From Candidatus Berkelbacteria bacterium (GTDB taxonomy: Bacteria > Patescibacteriota > UBA1384 > XYA2-FULL-43-10 > CAINNR01), in assembly GCA_037142675.1 (NCBI GenBank), contig JBAXAF010000001.1:28543-92542 (forward strand): a DNA stretch of 64,000 bases, read 5' to 3'. Below the pieces are notes generated by a model, which made no database searches, was not told where the DNA came from, and saw only the letters and a program-made list of their open reading frames with translations. The position numbers and the translations under genes were made by a program. Position 1 is the stretch's first letter, and each line of letters begins with the position of its first letter. Shown piece after piece: positions 58,866 through 64,000 of the stretch.

Positions 58866-60353
58866 ATGAAAATAGGGGAAATGTTTGCAAAGGTTGGGGG
58901 AAGTATCAAAGGTTTCGTTACAAACAGAAAGAAAATGGTTGCAACTGTAGCCGTAGCCGCAACACTTGTTGCAGGAGTTTTTGGTTTGCAAGCAAAGCAG
59001 TCTGCTAATGCTACTGGCACACCAAGATTCAACTTCTTGACTGGTGACTCAGAAATGTTACGAGTCGGCAAAGTTACCGATTCTACTTGGGGCGACCCAA
59101 TCAGCGCCAATATTGGTGACAGAGTTGCCTTTCTTTTCTATTACCACAACGGTATGTTAAACACTACCGCCCACAATACGACTCTTTGTGTTGATTTGCC
59201 TGTAGATCAAGGAACACAGCTAAAAGCTACAAGTTACCTTTGGTCTTCAGAAACAGCTTATATTCAAGACACTGTTGTTGACGGTGCTATTGTTGGCCAA
59301 GCTGGCGCAACAATCAACCTTCCAACAAACGGTAGAATTTCCTATGTTCCAGGTACTTCACGATGGTTTGCAAATGGTTCCAGCACTGGTCAAAATTTGC
59401 CAGATGGAATTGTTTCCGCTTCCGGTATCAACATTGGTGACATTCAGGGTTGCTGGCAGTATTCAGGCTATGTTACTTTCTTGGCCGATATTGGTGGCCA
59501 ATCAAATCTAGTTTTGGATAAAAAAGTTGCTCATCCAGGTGAAACCACTTGGCATGACGAAATTGTTGCCAATCCTGGCGACAGCGCAGTTTACAACGTT
59601 GGCGTTCGAAATGACGGCGATGTTACCGCTGCACAAGTTTCCGTTAAAGACGTTTTGCCTACTCATATGACCTATGAAACCGGTACAACTTATCTATATA
59701 CCAAAGATCATCCAGAAGGTTTGAAACAGGCAGACACTTTGTTTTCAACAGGAATTGCACTTCCTAACATGCTTCCTGGTCAGGCAAATGCCGACTACAT
59801 CACTTACCGAGCGAAAGTCGATTCCAATATCCCTGCTGGTACTTGGGCCTTGAATAATCAAGCTCGAGTTTATCAAGCTGGTGTTGAAAAAGACATGGAC
59901 CAAGCCAAAGTTACAGTGACCGCCAACCGTGGTTTAGTTATCGCAAAAACAGTTTCAAACGGTACGAGCTGGGTTGAGCAGAACACTGCAAAAATTGGTG
60001 ATACTGCATCTTATAGAATTATAGTTAAAAATACTGGTAATATCGCCGTCACCGGTGTGTATGTCAAAGACATCTTGCCGATGTATGTAAACTATATTCC
60101 AGGCACAACCAAAATTGATGGTGTTGCTGTAGGCGACCAAATAATCACTACTGCTGGACTTTTAATCGGTGATTTGGCTCCAGGCGCACAAAAAGTTATC
60201 ACTCTACAAGGCATAGTATTTGGTTGTCCTCCTATTGGTGGATTCAACGCGACCAATACTGGTTATACTTGGGCAACCGGTGTAGCACAGATTTCTGATA
60301 CAGCAATTACTGTCATCAACGTTACCGCTCCGACAGCACCTGCTACTCATTGA
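58866..60353 (+). CDS. Secreted DUF11-repeat (CARDB/Ig-like) surface protein, paralog of the next gene
   Basis: Signal anchor; N-terminal 120 aa homologous to the next ORF (PRFNFL.GD.EM...DPIS....D...YYHNGM.NTTA.NTT); DUF11-like VKNTGNIAVTGVYVKDILP. Confidence 0.65.
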   Translation: MKIGEMFAKVGGSIKGFVTNRKKMVATVAVAATLVAGVFGLQAKQSANATGTPRFNFLTGDSEMLRVGKVTDSTWGDPISANIGDRVAFLFYYHNGMLNTTAHNTTLCVDLPVDQGTQLKATSYLWSSETAYIQDTVVDGAIVGQAGATINLPTNGRISYVPGTSRWFANGSSTGQNLPDGIVSASGINIGDIQGCWQYSGYVTFLADIGGQSNLVLDKKVAHPGETTWHDEIVANPGDSAVYNVGVRNDGDVTAAQVSVKDVLPTHMTYETGTTYLYTKDHPEGLKQADTLFSTGIALPNMLPGQANADYITYRAKVDSNIPAGTWALNNQARVYQAGVEKDMDQAKVTVTANRGLVIAKTVSNGTSWVEQNTAKIGDTASYRIIVKNTGNIAVTGVYVKDILPMYVNYIPGTTKIDGVAVGDQIITTAGLLIGDLAPGAQKVITLQGIVFGCPPIGGFNATNTGYTWATGVAQISDTAITVINVTAPTAPATH

Positions 60354-60386
60354 TAATTTATTACTCATAATTGAACGGGGACTCAC

Positions 60387-62471
60387 ATGAACAGATTCAA
60401 AAAATTTCTTAAGCGGATGCAGCCAAAAGCCAAGTATATACTAGGTATTTTGGGAATCGCCGCAATCGTTTCGCAGGGAGCGTTTGCCTTCACAAAAATT
60501 TCAGCCACCGAACCGAGATTTAACTTTCTCTCCGGTGACTATGAAATGTTCCGTGGGGCAAACTTAACTGCCGCTGACACAGCTTGGAAAGATCCTATTT
60601 CCGGAACTGCTAATGACACCTACCAGGGCCTGATTTATTATCACAATGGTATGGTTAATACTACAGCCGAGAATACTACGATCAAAGTTACAATTCCAAG
60701 TCAGACAACTAGCAAAACCGCGACTCTATCAGCTTCAATTTCTGCTGATAATGCCGCAACCGTCACTGATACTATTATTGACGGTCAAGTAGTTGGACTG
60801 TCTGGTTTAACTGTAAGCCTGGACAAAGACGCAAGCCTTGCGTTGGTTCCTGGTTCGGTTAAATGGTATCCTGGCAACGGAACATCTGCCCAAAACGATA
60901 AAGCTTTGAATTCAGAGTCAGCTTTACCAAATGGCCAGAGTGGTAATTCAATTGATGACGCGGGTATTAACATTGGTGGTATTCAAGGTTGTTGGGACTT
61001 CGCAGGTTATGTTACCTTCGATTTCAAAGCTACCCCAATTACCAATGTTGCCCTCGACGTTGATAAAACAGTTCGCAATGTTACCGCTGGTGAAACAAAC
61101 TTTGTTGAGCTAACAAATGCTGCGAAGTCTGAAGTGGTTGAATTCAAAATTGATGCAACCAATACTGGTGACACTACAGCTAATAATCTTAAAGTTAAAG
61201 ACGCGTTGCCAGCTGATTTGACCTTTGTCCCGGGATCAATGAAAATTGCCCGCGACGGTTCAAGTACTTTTGACAATGTTACCGATGCCAATGCTGCGCT
61301 AGTTTTTGCTGGCGGTTGGACTGCTGGTAATCTTCAGGCTGGAGACGATAAAGCCGATGTTATTACTTTTGAAGCCAAAGCTCCAACCAGTATCAGCGCT
61401 GTTAAAACTGTTACAAATACAGCAACTGTTTCCTCCGGTGCGATTTCAGATTCTGACACCGCTCAGGTAAAGTTGCAGGTAACTGCTGCTCCAAACCTAA
61501 TCAAAAACAAAAGTGCCAAGAATCTATCAACTGGCCAAGTTTCAGCACAAAGCGGCGAAGTTAAAGCGCTTGATGCTAAGCCGGGCGACACAATCGAATA
61601 TACTTTGATTACTAAAAATATCGGCGATGCCGCTTCCAATAACCATGTTATTAAAGACGGTGTCAACGATGTTCTACAGGAATCAAACTTTGTTTCCGCT
61701 TCAAACGGTGGACATGTTGTTAACACGGGATTGACTGGAAATGATTCTAAGCAAATCCAATACGACGCAGTAGACATTGCTCCAGATCAAACTGTTGAGC
61801 GAACATTCACTGTCAAGGTTATGGATCCTTTGCCAAACAATCCAGCTTCCGGATATGACTTCGACCACAAACTGTATAACATCTATGGTGATACAGTTTT
61901 GGTTACGATTTCTATCCCAGCACCTCCTCCAGTTGCTCCAATTCTTCACATCAGCAAAACTGTTCGCGATTTCACTATTAACGAATTAAACTTTGTCGAT
62001 AGTAATACCGCAACAGCTGGCGATACACTAGAGTATATGATTTCCTTCTCCAATACCGGTAACGGCCCAGCCGACTTAGTTAAATTCTCAGATATTCTGC
62101 CTGCCGGCGTTGCCTATATTCCTGGCACAACCATTCTTTCAGTTAATGGTGGCCAAGAACATACAATGCCAGACGGAATCATTGCTGACGGTGTAATGTT
62201 TGATACTGTTGCTGCCGGAGATACTGGCTATATTAAGCTTAAAGCAGTCTCTGCCGCAACAATTGCCGCCAACACAGTTTTGACCAATACTGCCAACCTA
62301 ATTGATAACAACGTCACAATTTCCGATACAGCACAGACCACAGTTAAAGCTCCGATCGTTGTTGCTTCAGCTCCACTTCCACGAACAGGCGCAGACAGCC
62401 TTCCAATCGCTGCTGTCGCCTCAGTTCTTCTGTCAGCTGGTTCAATGTTGGTTATCCGCAGATTCGTCTAA
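60387..62471 (+). CDS. DUF11-repeat surface protein with LPxTG-type cell-wall sorting signal
   Basis: C-terminus LPRTG + hydrophobic stretch + RRFV; repeated ...NTGD..A.N..VKD.LP.. units. Confidence 0.7.
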   Translation: MNRFKKFLKRMQPKAKYILGILGIAAIVSQGAFAFTKISATEPRFNFLSGDYEMFRGANLTAADTAWKDPISGTANDTYQGLIYYHNGMVNTTAENTTIKVTIPSQTTSKTATLSASISADNAATVTDTIIDGQVVGLSGLTVSLDKDASLALVPGSVKWYPGNGTSAQNDKALNSESALPNGQSGNSIDDAGINIGGIQGCWDFAGYVTFDFKATPITNVALDVDKTVRNVTAGETNFVELTNAAKSEVVEFKIDATNTGDTTANNLKVKDALPADLTFVPGSMKIARDGSSTFDNVTDANAALVFAGGWTAGNLQAGDDKADVITFEAKAPTSISAVKTVTNTATVSSGAISDSDTAQVKLQVTAAPNLIKNKSAKNLSTGQVSAQSGEVKALDAKPGDTIEYTLITKNIGDAASNNHVIKDGVNDVLQESNFVSASNGGHVVNTGLTGNDSKQIQYDAVDIAPDQTVERTFTVKVMDPLPNNPASGYDFDHKLYNIYGDTVLVTISIPAPPPVAPILHISKTVRDFTINELNFVDSNTATAGDTLEYMISFSNTGNGPADLVKFSDILPAGVAYIPGTTILSVNGGQEHTMPDGIIADGVMFDTVAAGDTGYIKLKAVSAATIAANTVLTNTANLIDNNVTISDTAQTTVKAPIVVASAPLPRTGADSLPIAAVASVLLSAGSMLVIRRFV

Positions 62472-62626
62472 TCGACTTATAACAAGATGTGATAGTGTGC
62501 CCTTGGGCACCACAAGGCGTTAAAAGCCGAATGAAATGAGGCTTATAGGGAAAATTATTTAGGGGGATAATCGTCCTGTCAGATAGAAAAAAGCCTTCGA
62601 GAAATCGGAGGCTTTTTTCGTACGTA

Positions 62627-62655
62627 TTGACAAAACAACAAAAATAATATATACT
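62627..62655 (+). promoter_or_regulatory. Promoter TTGACA-N17-TATACT upstream of GC-rich ORF 62733
   Basis: Exact spacing; preceded by terminator 62587-62619; module duplicated at 63374-63402. Confidence 0.5.
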
Positions 62656-62732
62656 GCTGCCATAACTGCTTTGGCAGTTCAATCCTGCATAGCTGATGAT
62701 CATACGTGATCTTAGGCGATTGGAGACTGAAA

Positions 62733-63260
62733 ATGAGACCAATGACGTGGGACGAGCTTAACCGTATCTACTGGGGCAGGGACTTGATACGAGTCTCATG
62801 GGAAGAGAACGGCTGCGTGAGGAAGGTCAGGATCCTCATAATGCACCATGAGGACCGATACGGGAGCCATGGTGCGTATGTCTTTAGCCAGAGCCTCACA
62901 TATGCCGATAACCCCAACTGGCGTGGCGCTGACAGTGGCTTCCACTGGCAGTTTGATCCTCAGGTATCAGCTGAGAACCCGTCGCAGGGCCTCGTCACCT
63001 TCCTGAATGATCTGGCTGTCCCCGAACTTTGGCGGACGATGGATGACATCGTTTTCTGCCAGAAGATCGGCAAAGGGTCCTATAAGAAGATCGGCAACTG
63101 CAGCCTGAAGGTTCTTCGGCAGTTGGAGCGCTTTGTCGGGCGGCTTGAGACCACCCAGGGCCTCGATCACCGTGTGCTTCACCGCACGAAGGGGATGCTC
63201 GACCAGGCGTTCAATGAGATCATGGCGTCCTCGGCGAAGCTCCACACTGCCTTGAGCTAA
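62733..63260 (+). CDS. Hypothetical protein from a high-GC ORF
   Basis: RBS GGAGACTGAAA; nested-hairpin terminator with T7 at 63270-63307. Confidence 0.45.
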   Translation: MRPMTWDELNRIYWGRDLIRVSWEENGCVRKVRILIMHHEDRYGSHGAYVFSQSLTYADNPNWRGADSGFHWQFDPQVSAENPSQGLVTFLNDLAVPELWRTMDDIVFCQKIGKGSYKKIGNCSLKVLRQLERFVGRLETTQGLDHRVLHRTKGMLDQAFNEIMASSAKLHTALS

Positions 63261-63373
63261 CTTGTCCGTCCGCCGCGCCCCACGTATTGGGGTCCGGCGG
63301 TTTTTTTATTACCCCAAGAATCGGAGGCCTTTTTCGTGTCTTGCCGTGAAGTGAAATTGGTTTGTTCCATCGG

Positions 63374-63402
63374 TTGACAAAGTATATCAAATATGATATA
63401 CT
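63374..63402 (+). promoter_or_regulatory. Promoter TTGACA-N17-TATACT upstream of GC-rich ORF 63583
   Basis: GGTTGACAAAGTATATCAAATATGATATACT; shares the AATCGGAGGCYTTTTTCGT upstream block with the 62627 module. Confidence 0.5.
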
Positions 63403-63582
63403 TATTTCACGTTGCTGGAACGATTACGTTTCAGCAGTAAAAGCTAAATCTGCTCTTTCGTTGCGGCAACTGAGCAGATGTCAAGAAGTTCCGGAAGCAC
63501 ACCGGATTATCAAAAACTGCACAATGCCGCCCGATCGCTAATATGCGATCTGGTAATTTCCCCACTAATAGGGGGAAGTCAA

Positions 63583-64000
63583 ATGTCTCAGCATAAGTCA
63601 GAGATGTTTCGGGTTCACATGCCGTTTCGTGCACGCCTGGCGCAGTTCATTGCGCTAAGGGCGTACCGGGGGTTCTGTACCGAGGTTCTGGAGGAGACGA
63701 ATTTCGAGCAGGATCCGATCCTGCTGACGGTACACGAAAGCCAGCTCAAAGAGTCTGGCATGGAGAGAGGACGTACAACTCGAATCGTGGTACGCTACGA
63801 CGGCGGCATCGTCGTCGAAATGCGACTGCTATCGTGGGGTGAACAAGGCGACAGTTTCGGCGAGCAGTGGTCAGTCCAATCGATCACTGTCCGTGTTCAG
63901 CGACAGCTTGTCGGCCACACGTCGTGGGATGACGAAGACGTGGAATGGAGGTTTCGTTCGTATGCAGAGGAAGACCTTCAGTCATCCATCGAGAGGTGGT
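63583..64000 (+). CDS. Hypothetical protein from a high-GC ORF, 5' part (runs off the window end; absent from the ORF track)
   Basis: RBS GGGGGAAG 5 nt before ATG; open frame with no stop to the window end. Confidence 0.4.
   Translation, partial: MSQHKSEMFRVHMPFRARLAQFIALRAYRGFCTEVLEETNFEQDPILLTVHESQLKESGMERGRTTRIVVRYDGGIVVEMRLLSWGEQGDSFGEQWSVQSITVRVQRQLVGHTSWDDEDVEWRFRSYAEEDLQSSIERW

Overview
The window is a low-GC (roughly 35-40% by eye) stretch of bacterial chromosome. The gene set and architecture look like a reduced-genome, possibly epibiotic Gram-positive-type bacterium of the CPR/Patescibacteria kind. This taxonomic placement is inference, not a database match. Housekeeping genes are clear: a class A PBP, argS, trpS, ileS, cysS, glnA, holB plus a PSP1/RicT protein, rnhA, the rplU-secE-nusG-rplK block, a shortened mfd, dprA-topA, recR, dus, a cluster of tRNAs (Thr, Tyr, Thr, Trp) with rpmG, and tRNA-Pro with rpmB. 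rpmB and rpmG are below the 60-aa cutoff of the supplied ORF track. There is a complete type IV pilus locus: PilN/O-like genes, pilB, pilT, pilC, two tandemly duplicated pilins, pilD and three minor pilins. It is preceded by three large secreted Gly-rich or PKD-like proteins and followed elsewhere by two DUF11-repeat surface proteins, one with an LPRTG sortase signal. What the ORF list does not explain falls into three groups. (1) At least ten ORFs with very high GC (about 55-65% by eye) are scattered singly or in pairs between housekeeping genes, each carrying an AT-rich sigma70-type promoter (TTGACAAA-N17-TATACT-like) and an intrinsic terminator. (2) Two families of short structured intergenic repeats, a double hairpin bounded by GTCAT...ATGAC and a three-stem element CCCTGTTAAAT...ATTTAACAGGG, keep their base pairing through compensatory changes and always sit just 5' of the start of plus-strand genes. 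(3) There are further repeat and duplication signatures: 130-140-bp AT-rich related elements flanking the pilB-to-pilin block, a pilC-fragment plus pilin tandem duplication, a roughly 25-bp motif present once in the 5' UTR and twice in frame inside dus, and a duplicated tRNA-Tyr 3' end. No CRISPR array, transposase or integrase is visible. All GC values are by-eye estimates, and no homology search could be run.
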